Virus record (IMG/VR): IMGVR_UViG_3300034170_000057
From: a virus
Taxonomy: Duplodnaviria; Caudoviricetes
Reading direction: 5' to 3' (one strand)
DNA length: 64,000 bases
The notes beneath the pieces were generated by a model. The model was not told the origin of the DNA. It did not search any database and saw only the letters and a list, made by a program, of their open reading frames with translations. Positions 20,083 through 29,045 of this stretch are shown here, in pieces. The stretch's first letter is position 1. Each line of letters opens with the position of its first letter. A program made the translations under genes and the position numbers.

Positions 20083-22019
20083 AATTCACGCTTGAACAAA
20101 AGCGAGCAATGCGCCGCGATCCTTTAGCGTTCGCGAAAACGTACAAACTTCCGCAGCTGAGTGCGATCCTCGCAGAACTGGATGATCGTTATCAGGAAAA
20201 TGCGCCAGTTGTTACGGATGAAATCTACGATATCATGGACGATTATCGCTGGACGATTTCGAAACGTGCAAAAAGCGCAAAGGATGTTGGCGGTACTAAA
20301 AACGTCGATATCGTTCTCGAAGTTCCGATGGCAAGTCTCGATAAGTTTCACACGCTGACGGAAAGTCGCCGCCTCGCTTTTATGAAGGCAACGAGCTACA
20401 CCCTGAGCGACAAGGAAGACGGAATTTCTTTGTCGATCACCTACCAAGATGGGGCGCCGATTCTGGCTACCACACGCGGTAAGAAAGGCACGGTTGGTAA
20501 GAACGTGTCGAAGATTATTCCACACCTACGAATTCCGAAAACAATTCCGTACAAAGGGCGATTCATTGTCCGTGCGGAATTCACGATTGATAAAACCACA
20601 TTCAAGAAGTATTTCCCCGACGATAAGACTGGCCGCAATACAGCGGGCGGTTTGCTGAACCGGGACGTAGTGCATGAACATGCGAAGAAATTCCGCACCG
20701 TCTGCTACGAAATTCTTTTGGGTAAAGGTGCAGGCATTCCACTCAACGAACAATTGGCGATTCTCGAACGCTATAAATTCGATGTGGTGCCTCACATTGT
20801 GGTGAAGAAAATCACGCAAGAAGCGTTGGTGAAATATCACGATCAGCGTAAGCAGGAATCAGGCCGGGATATCGACGGCGTGGTGGTTGCGCAGAACGTG
20901 AAGTATCGGGCCGGTGAAGGCTATCCCGATCACTCCTACGCATTCAAGATCAACAGCATTGCAAACTCGGTCGTCGTGCCGGTTAAAGATGTGTTGTTTG
21001 CAGAAAGCCGCCTCGGTAAATTGAGCCAGCGAATTGAGATTGAACCCACCATTATTGGCGGCGTAGAAGTCTCGTTTTTCACTGCGCACAATTACGAATA
21101 TATCGAGAAGGGTTACAGTCGGGAACAAGTGAAGAAGAACGGCGGCAAGGCACCGTATAAACCGCGACCATTGAACAAAGGCGCGATAATTCGCTGCGTG
21201 CGTTCTGGCGATGTGATTCCGTACATCATGGAAGTGGTGGAAGGTGCGAAAAAGCCAGCAGTACCGACCATTCCTAACGAACGCAAAGGCGCGTTCCTGT
21301 ACGCGGTGCATGAGGGCAAATCCGACCTGCGCCAGATTAAAGAACTCACGTATTTTTTCACTGTGTTGGAAGTTGACGGCGTGAAGCAAGGTGTAGTTAC
21401 CAAGCTCGTTAACGCTGGTTACGATACGGTGCGTAAAATCCTCGATATGGACTTGGCCGATATCAAGAATCTGCCAGCTTACGGCGAAACATCTGCCGTC
21501 AAGTTGCATAAGGCCCTGAAGACCGTTAAATCCAAAATGACTTTCCTAAACGTTGCCCAAGGTTCCGCCGCTTTTGGCGAGGGTATCGGTGAAAAACGTT
21601 TGCAGCTTTTGTTCGACGAAATTCCGGAACTGCTCGACACACAATGGAATGACTCGCAGCTGGCACGACGTATCCGGGACGTTAAAGGTTTCGATAAACT
21701 GGCAGACCAAATTGCCGGGAACCTGAATGCTTTCGTTAAATTCTGCAAGCGTAATGGGATTAAACTTGTTGCGGCTAAAAAAGCGGAAGTAGTCGGTTCT
21801 AAAATGAAAGGTCAGTCGGTGCTGTTTACTTCTGTGCGCGATGCAGAGGCGCAGGCATGGATTGTTGCGAACGGCGGTAAGATCGCCTCCACCGTTAATC
21901 AGGCGACGTTGCTGATTACCAAGGACGCGGACGCCTCAAATAAAAAGACCGTCGAAGCAGAATCCAAAGGAATCCCCGTACAACCAATCGACACTTTTCG
22001 CAACAAACACGGAATATAA
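20079..22019 (+). CDS. ligA: NAD-dependent DNA ligase
   Basis: Domain Ia VTDEIYD; adenylation KEDG; TRG; DIDGVV; YAFK; VRSGDVIPYI OB fold; HhH motifs; C-terminal BRCT. Confidence 0.92.
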   Translation: MKFTLEQKRAMRRDPLAFAKTYKLPQLSAILAELDDRYQENAPVVTDEIYDIMDDYRWTISKRAKSAKDVGGTKNVDIVLEVPMASLDKFHTLTESRRLAFMKATSYTLSDKEDGISLSITYQDGAPILATTRGKKGTVGKNVSKIIPHLRIPKTIPYKGRFIVRAEFTIDKTTFKKYFPDDKTGRNTAGGLLNRDVVHEHAKKFRTVCYEILLGKGAGIPLNEQLAILERYKFDVVPHIVVKKITQEALVKYHDQRKQESGRDIDGVVVAQNVKYRAGEGYPDHSYAFKINSIANSVVVPVKDVLFAESRLGKLSQRIEIEPTIIGGVEVSFFTAHNYEYIEKGYSREQVKKNGGKAPYKPRPLNKGAIIRCVRSGDVIPYIMEVVEGAKKPAVPTIPNERKGAFLYAVHEGKSDLRQIKELTYFFTVLEVDGVKQGVVTKLVNAGYDTVRKILDMDLADIKNLPAYGETSAVKLHKALKTVKSKMTFLNVAQGSAAFGEGIGEKRLQLLFDEIPELLDTQWNDSQLARRIRDVKGFDKLADQIAGNLNAFVKFCKRNGIKLVAAKKAEVVGSKMKGQSVLFTSVRDAEAQAWIVANGGKIASTVNQATLLITKDADASNKKTVEAESKGIPVQPIDTFRNKHGI

Positions 22020-22021
22020 AT

Positions 22022-22339
22022 ATGAACACCGTAGCAAGCGTCCAATCTATGCTGGCCCGTGACTACCCGTACAACGTAAAGCTAGTAGAGCATCATGAAA
22101 AACCCGATTTGCCTCCGCGCTTGAGCCTGTTGGTTTTTGGCGAGCAAAACGGTTTGGCTGTTGTGACTCTGGAACGCTCCACCGCTTGGGGCATTTCGGA
22201 TATCAAAACCAACAACCATTATCGCAACGTAATGTGGCCCAACGATCATAAACTTCCGCCTACGGCTGAAGGTGCAGAGGGCCTTGTGAAATCCATCATG
22301 GAAAGCATTTCCGCTTTCGATAAACTGCGGGTTAAGTAA
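22022..22339 (+). CDS. hypothetical protein
   Basis: 105-aa ORF between ligA and the glycosyltransferase. Confidence 0.6.
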   Translation: MNTVASVQSMLARDYPYNVKLVEHHEKPDLPPRLSLLVFGEQNGLAVVTLERSTAWGISDIKTNNHYRNVMWPNDHKLPPTAEGAEGLVKSIMESISAFDKLRVK

Positions 22340-23497
22340 ATGAAAATTGCCGTGTACGCGATTGCGAAAGATGAACAACACAACGTTGAAACTTGGCTGG
22401 AAAATGTGAAGGATGCAGACGGCATCTTTGTTCTGGACACTGGGAGCAAAGACGCCACAATAGGCCTGCTGGAAGCGGGCGGCGCTGTAGTCAACCAGAT
22501 GCACACCGGTAAAACATTCCGGTTCGACCACGCCCGTAATGAGGCAATGGCATATATTCCAAATGACTACGACGTTTGCGTTTCTCTCGATTTCGATGAA
22601 CGTTTGTCCCCCGATTGGCGGGAAGTAATCGAAACACAATTCACAGATGAAATGACTACAGCCAATTACACGTTGGTTTATTCGCACGATTCGGAAGGGA
22701 ACATTTTAATGTCCTATCCGCGCCTTGCGATTCACCGTCGCAACACATGTACATGGCAATACCCGGTGCATGAAATACTGATTGCGCATGAAGCTGGACA
22801 GAAGCCTACCCTGCCAATCGCTACAGTGCATTACGGCAATCCAAAACCGTCCGGGCATTATATCGACCTGCTTAAAATCGCATACGACGAAAACCCAAAA
22901 GACGCACGCAACGTGCAGTACCTTGCACGCGAATACTGCGGTATGGGTAATTTCTCTATGGCGATCCCGCTTTATCAGCAACACGTGGACATGGAAGAAT
23001 CTGCGCCATTCCGTGCAGAGAGCTGTATGCGCATTGCGCAAATGTCCGAAGATTTCGCGACCGTAGAATGGTGGTATCGTCACGCAATTCAACATTGCAA
23101 CAATATCCGTGAACCGTTCTGCAAACTCGCACAGTTTTATCTCAAGCACGGCAAGTACGAACACGCGATTGCGTGCGTCAAGTCTGCGCTGGAACTCGAA
23201 AAGCCAGATTACGATATGATTTTCGAGGATATGTATTACGCAGGCACGTGGTGTGATCACATGCTTATGGCCTGTTACCAACAACTCGGACATTACCGTT
23301 TCGCTACGCAGCACCGCGACAATTTGTTGCGTATGCATTTGAACGGAAATATCCCGGTAGATATTGCAAGCGACATTGTGCAATTGAACCAGACAATTCA
23401 GGAAGTCTTCTATGATTATTGCTCTAGCGTGGGCGTTCAAGGACGAATCGCACGTGAAGGAAATGGCAACGTGGCAGAAACGCCTGAGCAAGGCTGA
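22340..23497 (+). CDS. glycosyltransferase family 2 with C-terminal TPR repeats
   Basis: KIAVYAIAKDE, VLDTGSKDAT, FDHARNEA, LDFDE (DxD), VHE, HYG; helical YLAREY repeats. Confidence 0.85.
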   Translation: MKIAVYAIAKDEQHNVETWLENVKDADGIFVLDTGSKDATIGLLEAGGAVVNQMHTGKTFRFDHARNEAMAYIPNDYDVCVSLDFDERLSPDWREVIETQFTDEMTTANYTLVYSHDSEGNILMSYPRLAIHRRNTCTWQYPVHEILIAHEAGQKPTLPIATVHYGNPKPSGHYIDLLKIAYDENPKDARNVQYLAREYCGMGNFSMAIPLYQQHVDMEESAPFRAESCMRIAQMSEDFATVEWWYRHAIQHCNNIREPFCKLAQFYLKHGKYEHAIACVKSALELEKPDYDMIFEDMYYAGTWCDHMLMACYQQLGHYRFATQHRDNLLRMHLNGNIPVDIASDIVQLNQTIQEVFYDYCSSVGVQGRIAREGNGNVAETPEQG

Positions 23498-24740
23498 GTT
23501 TCTGAAACTCTCGAAGAGCGGGAAAGAGCGATACATTAAACTCTACCCGCATTCGAGTCACCGTTTCCTCATGACCGGTAATGTCGATCCGGATAATATC
23601 GAAAAGAAAGCACCGGCCCCCACTGGTGCTGCTCGATTCAAATCCGAGGACGAAATTCAACAGCAGCGCAAACAGCGTATTGCGACCCGCAAAGATATTT
23701 CGGACTACAACAAAACGAATGTCGCGGTAATCAATCCGCAATCTTTGCAGGCTCTCGATCAGGTAAAAGACAGCCACCTACGCGAAGCATCCGACAATAT
23801 CCAACGCAATAAGAAAGATATTGTGTCGGCTGTGCGTCAGCAGCAAAAGAAACTCCCGAACATGTACGGCAAAGGCTTGGGCGCCGTTCGGGATCTGGTA
23901 TCCGGTGAACAGCACCCGGACGATATGAGTACCACGCAAAAGCACGCAATGCAGCGCGTTTTGGGCGGCGTTGCGACCATGGCCCTTATGGGTGCTGGCA
24001 TCTTGGCGTGTGGCATGGCTGCTGCGCCGCTGGGCGTTCTTATCGGTGCAGGCCTGTTTAACGTGTGGGCCGGTTCGAAGCACGGTAAAAACCTGCGTGA
24101 CGATATCGACGAATTGCGTGCAGCACGTGAGAAGAAACGTCGTGCAGAACGTAAAGAAAACGGTTTCGACGTGGACGATGATGAGCCCCTGACTGCACGG
24201 CGTGGTTCCGCACAGAAAGATCGTGAAGAACTGGCGAAGAAAAAGAAAGAATCCGAAAAACGTTCGAAAAAGAACAACAAGGAAAGCGATTACAAAGCCG
24301 CTGCGTCTTCGGTATTTACGCCGAACACTTCCACGGAAATGACCGACGATCAAACTATCGGCCTGATTCTGGATCACGTTTCGGACGTGCTGAAATACCA
24401 ATCGGTTAAGGATTTCCAAGAGCATCGCGACGAAATGTTCGCTAATGCCAGCGCGACCCTGCCGAAAGAGGATTTCAACGAACTGCGTTATCTGCTGACC
24501 TATGCACATTGTCGCGATTACACCCCGGTCGGTGATGGCGTTTCGTTTAGCTGTGCAGGCGGTTATCCAACACTGGAAAAACTGTTTAAACGCATGGGTT
24601 ACATTGTCAGCGCTTCGGAAGTTGGCGATCAGGTTGCGTACCATTTTGATAATGGGAAAGGCCGCGCAACGTTGGGCAAATTCGACGACAATTTCTATAT
24701 TCGTTACGAAGGTGATTTCGATTACCGCACCGTTCTTTAG
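23412..24740 (+). CDS. putative virion/internal protein with hydrophobic hairpin
   Basis: 442 aa; hydrophobic segment LGGVATMALMGAGILACGMAAAPLGVLIGAGLF; highly charged regions; alternative start 23463. Confidence 0.55.
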   Translation: MIIALAWAFKDESHVKEMATWQKRLSKAEFLKLSKSGKERYIKLYPHSSHRFLMTGNVDPDNIEKKAPAPTGAARFKSEDEIQQQRKQRIATRKDISDYNKTNVAVINPQSLQALDQVKDSHLREASDNIQRNKKDIVSAVRQQQKKLPNMYGKGLGAVRDLVSGEQHPDDMSTTQKHAMQRVLGGVATMALMGAGILACGMAAAPLGVLIGAGLFNVWAGSKHGKNLRDDIDELRAAREKKRRAERKENGFDVDDDEPLTARRGSAQKDREELAKKKKESEKRSKKNNKESDYKAAASSVFTPNTSTEMTDDQTIGLILDHVSDVLKYQSVKDFQEHRDEMFANASATLPKEDFNELRYLLTYAHCRDYTPVGDGVSFSCAGGYPTLEKLFKRMGYIVSASEVGDQVAYHFDNGKGRATLGKFDDNFYIRYEGDFDYRTVL

Positions 24741-24748
24741 GAGGTTAC

Positions 24749-25087
24749 ATGCTCACGTTTTTGAGTGATCCTGACGAACGTCATTTGCCCATGCATGAGC
24801 GCACCACGGTTTGGGTTTGCGATGGCGATAAACGCATTGCAACCCTTGCCGCTGTGCCTGACGAAAGCGCAAACCGTTCGCAGCAAACCGCAATGTGGAC
24901 CGCAAAAATCCACCACAAACAATTCGATCCTTTCGATCATGATCAAGAATTGGACGAAGAAAATCCAAACGTTCATGTGGCACAAAGTGAGGAAGGATTA
25001 CTATCGCTGAATAATCCGAATAAGCTGGCAATTGCAGACGCCCGCCAGTGGGTGCGCGATCATTACACTGGAGGTTCCAAAAAATGA
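24749..25087 (+). CDS. hypothetical protein
   Basis: SD GGAGG, 112 aa. Confidence 0.65.
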   Translation: MLTFLSDPDERHLPMHERTTVWVCDGDKRIATLAAVPDESANRSQQTAMWTAKIHHKQFDPFDHDQELDEENPNVHVAQSEEGLLSLNNPNKLAIADARQWVRDHYTGGSKK

Positions 25088-25905
25088 TTGTCGATCAACA
25101 CGGAAACGATATAGGCAATATGTCGCTAGCGTTCAATTTCGGTACGCCAGTTTCGACCATTGAACTCAACGGCGCTCGTTTGAACGAAGCCGGACAGCTG
25201 CCTATCAGCGCAGAGTTTTCTGGCACTGGTGAAGCGGTAACGCTGGAAGCAAACACGTGGCTGCGCCGTGCTGCTGAATATCACAATCTTTCGCGCAATA
25301 TTAACGATTACATTTTGGTGGCCGTTCCTGCAATGGTTACGCGCCTCCCCAATACCAATGGGGATTCCGTAGACCTTAAGCAATTCACCGCGTGGAATGA
25401 ACCGTGCGCACGCATGGCTTACAAAACGTGGGAAGGCCGCCCGATGTATATCGAACACCAGCACAAACCTGAATGGGTTCGTGGTCTGATTTTCGGTACG
25501 TTTATGCGCCCGACGCCGTTCAAAAACATCGAGAAATTGGTAATGCTCGCAGCCCTCGACCGCACCCGCGATCAGGTTCGTTGTGCGCGTGTTCTGAAAC
25601 GTGAATTGAACACGTATTCCATGGGCATGATGTACAGCGCTTATCAGTGTTCCGTTTGCGGGCATATTGCCGGTAAAGGAATCGGTGCGCCGTGCAGCCA
25701 TACGCGACCGGGTAAACCGACATATCGTTTGACCGATGGCCGTTTGGTTTATCGCCGTTGCATGAATATCACAGGTTTCGAATTGTCGCTGCTGGAAAAC
25801 GTTGGTGGTCGCCACGGCCAAGACGGGTACACGCAAGGCTTTGGTGATCCGTCCTATGTTTCCGCAATCGGGGATATTATTCTCGATCCGAAATCAATGC
25901 AGTAA
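25084..25905 (+). CDS. prohead (capsid maturation) protease, HK97/assemblin-type with Cys-rich insert
   Basis: YIEHQH (catalytic His-like), TYSMG (catalytic Ser-like), CSVCG...CSH, FELS; upstream of scaffold and MCP. Confidence 0.6.
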   Translation: MIVDQHGNDIGNMSLAFNFGTPVSTIELNGARLNEAGQLPISAEFSGTGEAVTLEANTWLRRAAEYHNLSRNINDYILVAVPAMVTRLPNTNGDSVDLKQFTAWNEPCARMAYKTWEGRPMYIEHQHKPEWVRGLIFGTFMRPTPFKNIEKLVMLAALDRTRDQVRCARVLKRELNTYSMGMMYSAYQCSVCGHIAGKGIGAPCSHTRPGKPTYRLTDGRLVYRRCMNITGFELSLLENVGGRHGQDGYTQGFGDPSYVSAIGDIILDPKSMQ

Positions 25906-25916
25906 AGGGGATTTAA

Positions 25917-26060
25917 ATGGCCGAAGTATTGTGGCGAATCAAGATGCACCGTCGTGCTGAAATCACTGCGGTGTTTCTCGGCACCTATCGACCACGCGGC
26001 ATGTATGCGAGCTTTGGTGCATACGTTGTACCTCGTGAAATCGGTGTTGGTGAAGGTTGA
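25917..26060 (+). CDS. small hypothetical protein (47 aa)
   Basis: ATG after AGGGG, read manually (MAEVLWRIKMHRR...); absent from the ORF track. Confidence 0.35.
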   Translation: MAEVLWRIKMHRRAEITAVFLGTYRPRGMYASFGAYVVPREIGVGEG

Positions 26061-26205
26061 AAACCAACGAAGAATTGCCGCCCGGACATAAGCAGAAAAA
26101 CCAAGATCCTCCGAAGGATAATCACGAAGATGATTGGTCAAACGGCTGGTAAACATTCAAAGGTCTACATGCGATAGCCCATCACATTCCCGTGGTGGGC
26201 GTCGA

Positions 26206-26481
26206 ATGCAGATTAAGCGAATGTCCTACGATAAAGAACAGAAACAATTGCAGCGGTTTCATGTGGCACGCGTTATTCAACGCCGCGTTAAAGCATGGAA
26301 CCATTACCCAAATGGAACCGATACGCTCAAGCCATCTAATAAGTGGAATAAGCGCAACGCATTCAATTGCGGTCAATCGAACTGTTGGATGTGCGGCAAC
26401 CCTCGGCGTGTTAAAGGCGAAGTAACCATTCATGAATTGGTTGCAATCGAATCGTTTGAATACGCACTGAAACACATCTGA
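26206..26481 (+). CDS. small Cys-rich phage protein
   Basis: CGQSNCWMCGNPRR motif; in-frame ATG at 26206. Confidence 0.55.
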   Translation: MQIKRMSYDKEQKQLQRFHVARVIQRRVKAWNHYPNGTDTLKPSNKWNKRNAFNCGQSNCWMCGNPRRVKGEVTIHELVAIESFEYALKHI

Positions 26482-26491
26482 AAAACGTCGC

Positions 26492-26498
26492 TAATTTA
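26492..26498 (+). promoter_or_regulatory. putative late promoter motif TAATTTA
   Basis: AAAACGTCGCTAATTTATTAATAG, close to AAAATCGTCGTAATTTAGTTATAG before the endolysin. Confidence 0.45.
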
Positions 26499-26502
26499 TT
26501 AA

Positions 26503-26589
26503 TAGTCTACGAGGGTAGGCTTGTTGTATCTCTTTATGTCACAGCATTTTAGCCCATACAGGTTCCCCCGCCTGTGTGGGCTTTTTTTT
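26503..26589 (+). ncRNA. candidate small RNA between a late-promoter motif and a terminator
   Basis: 5' hairpin AGTCTAC-gagg-GTAGGCT, U-rich linker, 12-bp terminator; no SD-led ORF. Confidence 0.3.
26551..26589 (+). terminator. rho-independent terminator
   Basis: AGCCCATACAGG/CCTGTGTGGGCT 12-bp stem followed by a T-run. Confidence 0.85.
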
Positions 26590-26610
26590 GTCCAAAATAA
26601 CTGTTTGCCC

Positions 26611-26617
26611 TAATTTA
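26611..26617 (+). promoter_or_regulatory. putative late promoter motif TAATTTA
   Basis: Just after the terminator, 26 nt before ATG 26644. Confidence 0.5.
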
Positions 26618-26643
26618 AACATGTAGCATCAAGGAGTCTGCTA

Positions 26644-27006
26644 ATGGAAATGTTCATTGCGTTAGCAGCCTCGCCATTGTCTGATATGCACCAGCCCAAA
26701 ACATTTGATTTTCGTAGTCTGAAGCATCATTTGCATAACATTCAAGAAATCCGAAAGGGTTTAGTTCATTGCGAAATCAACTACGATCACGAATGTAATG
26801 GCAAGCCGCATCATAGCGCCCGCGTTGACTTCGTTTCTGATATGGGTACAGGTAGCATTCAATTCACCCTTGAAGAAACGAATTGGAAATACGAGGGTGA
26901 AACGGATATTAATGGCGAAAACACGAAATACGCAGGGTATACCGCACACAATTCTGTGCAAGCGGTTTGCCGCAAGGTTCGTGGGCTGCTGTTGAAACTA
27001 CTCTGA
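26644..27006 (+). CDS. hypothetical head-region protein
   Basis: SD AAGGAG; starts MEMFIALAASP. Confidence 0.65.
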   Translation: MEMFIALAASPLSDMHQPKTFDFRSLKHHLHNIQEIRKGLVHCEINYDHECNGKPHHSARVDFVSDMGTGSIQFTLEETNWKYEGETDINGENTKYAGYTAHNSVQAVCRKVRGLLLKLL

Positions 27007-27074
27007 AGTTTTTGAACTTTGTAATTTTTAAACGTGAGGTATAAAAACCCACAAACTCTTAAATGGAGTGAACC

Positions 27075-29030
27075 ATGTCGAATCGAAAATCGCGCCTGCG
27101 CGGCATCGTCGTTATGGCTGATAACCAAGAGCAAGCAATGGAGCTTTTCAGCGCTGTCGCTTCCGGCACCTATCGCGTTATGGAAAGTAAAAGCGGCGAT
27201 TTTGCCGTTGCTACTGCCATTTCGGATATGCAACTTCTGAACCCGATTGACGGCGAAGAAATGGTTGCAGTTGCGGATGCGGATAAGCATGAAATGGTGG
27301 CTGTAGCCTCGAATGCTGGTGAGGATATGGACGCATTCTATCAAGCCTGCTCTAGCGGTTGCGGCGCACACGTTATTACTGACAGTCTTGAACTGTTGGA
27401 TAAATGCCCAGCTTGCGCTTCCGACCTCCCAAAAATGGAAGACGCTGACTTGAAAACGAACTCTCAACCAAAAGAATTGCTGCTCGCCGTAGCAACTGAT
27501 CGCGTTTCTGCTGTTGAAGCATTCCGCGCTCTGGCCTCTGGCGAATGCGAGACTTTCGCCGCTAAATGCGACGACGTGATGGTGATTTCGAACCAACCAA
27601 TCAACTTCGATATTTACAAAAATATCCCAGCTGTTGCGGTTGCCGAATACACCCCACAACTGGCCGTGGCATCCAGCGCCACCGAAGACGGCAAATTGAA
27701 GGTGCATTACCTGACCACCGCTAGCGATAGCGGCCAAGAAATGCACATCATCGCCAGCAATCCCTCCCCGATTTTCTGCCCTGTTACCAACATGGGCCTC
27801 GTTGATCCGGAAGACGAAATGAGCGCAGAGCAAAAAGCTACTGCAAGCGCTGATTTCCTCGGCACTGCTGCCAAGTGCAAAGCCTCTGACGAAGAGGAAG
27901 AAGAGGACGAAGACGAAGACGAAGACGAAGACTTCGACGACGAAGACGAAGAGGAAGAAGACAGCGAAGAGGAAGAAGAGGAAGACGAAGACGACAACGA
28001 AGAAGAGGAAGAAGATGACGACGATCTTTCCCTCGGTCTGGCTGCCTCGAAAAAAGGCAAAAAGAAAAAAGGCGGCGTAAAGCGCAAGGTAAAACCTGAA
28101 ATGGCTACCGCAAACGCACAAACCGACGCAATCGTACCGGCTGCCGAACAGGCCCCGGCTGTTGCTGTCGCAACCGAACAAACCGAAGCAGAACAAGCCG
28201 CAGCACCAGTTGTTGCCGCTGTTGTTGAAACCACGGCTCCGGTCGAAGTTTCCGCTTCTTTCGTTTCCATCGCCAGCGCCGAAATGAAAGAAAATTCTGT
28301 TGATGTTAATTATGTAGGTAACGTCCAAGGCGAACCTACGTGGATGGCATTTCACAACGGTATTCCTTTCGCGAAAGCAATTGCTTCGGCTTCCGAAAAC
28401 CCTGCCACTTTTGCTGATCCAGCAATTGGCCGTGCTTTCAAAGCAATCGCCAGTGAACAAGGCGTGCATGCTGCGTTGGAACAACTTCGTTTCGAAGAAA
28501 TCAAACCGGTTCTGCAAATCGAACAGGTTGTTGCGGAACAAATTCAATCGCAAGTTACCGAACAAGGTAACGTGCTGGCTGAAGCAACCGCACGCGATAA
28601 ATCGGAACTCGCAACCCGCTACGAATCCGCTCTGGCGACGGCTGCACACGGTATTAACACCGGTTATTTCCGTGACATGAGCAACCCGATTGTGACCGCG
28701 CTCGCTTCCTCTTTGGAAGACGTAGGTCTGGCCGGTGCTGCTGAACTTCTGCAACGTGCTTTCATTGATCACTCGCCGGAATACCATGCCAGCATCTTGG
28801 CAAAGGCCGCTGAAATCATGCAGTACGAGCAAGTGGTTCAAAACCAGATGGCAACCGCCGTAACGCAAATCGAACCGAAAAACGTGGCTACCGCGTCCTC
28901 GCTTTCGATGGGCCGAGCGGTTCAACGTCCTGCGCAAGTGCAACAAGAAAACGTGATCGCGACCGCTTCGGCTGAGCAACCACAAAACACCGACTTCCAA
29001 AGCAAGCTGAAAGGCTTGAAACTGTTCTAA
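27075..29030 (+). CDS. prohead scaffolding/core-like protein with 46-aa acidic tract
   Basis: Between protease and MCP; A/E/D-rich; many A-x-A-S/T motifs; coiled C-terminus; Cys pairs. Confidence 0.6.
   Translation: MSNRKSRLRGIVVMADNQEQAMELFSAVASGTYRVMESKSGDFAVATAISDMQLLNPIDGEEMVAVADADKHEMVAVASNAGEDMDAFYQACSSGCGAHVITDSLELLDKCPACASDLPKMEDADLKTNSQPKELLLAVATDRVSAVEAFRALASGECETFAAKCDDVMVISNQPINFDIYKNIPAVAVAEYTPQLAVASSATEDGKLKVHYLTTASDSGQEMHIIASNPSPIFCPVTNMGLVDPEDEMSAEQKATASADFLGTAAKCKASDEEEEEDEDEDEDEDFDDEDEEEEDSEEEEEEDEDDNEEEEEDDDDLSLGLAASKKGKKKKGGVKRKVKPEMATANAQTDAIVPAAEQAPAVAVATEQTEAEQAAAPVVAAVVETTAPVEVSASFVSIASAEMKENSVDVNYVGNVQGEPTWMAFHNGIPFAKAIASASENPATFADPAIGRAFKAIASEQGVHAALEQLRFEEIKPVLQIEQVVAEQIQSQVTEQGNVLAEATARDKSELATRYESALATAAHGINTGYFRDMSNPIVTALASSLEDVGLAGAAELLQRAFIDHSPEYHASILAKAAEIMQYEQVVQNQMATAVTQIEPKNVATASSLSMGRAVQRPAQVQQENVIATASAEQPQNTDFQSKLKGLKLF
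27888..28025 (+). repeat. GAA/GAC/GAG low-complexity tract encoding 43 D/E in 46 residues
   Basis: Direct reading and count. Confidence 0.9.
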
Positions 29031-29045
29031 TCGGAGAAATTCCCC

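Noticed and set aside
22015-22022. T4 late promoter consensus TATAAATA
   Set aside because: Overlaps both the ligA stop and the next ATG, too close to act as its promoter; single occurrence
26536-26613. 25-codon ORF in the intergenic gap
   Set aside because: No SD, and it runs through the terminator stem and T-run
27888-28025. GAAGAC tandem tract as CRISPR/VNTR-type repeat
   Set aside because: Imperfect, in-frame and simply encodes poly-D/E; no repeat-spacer structure
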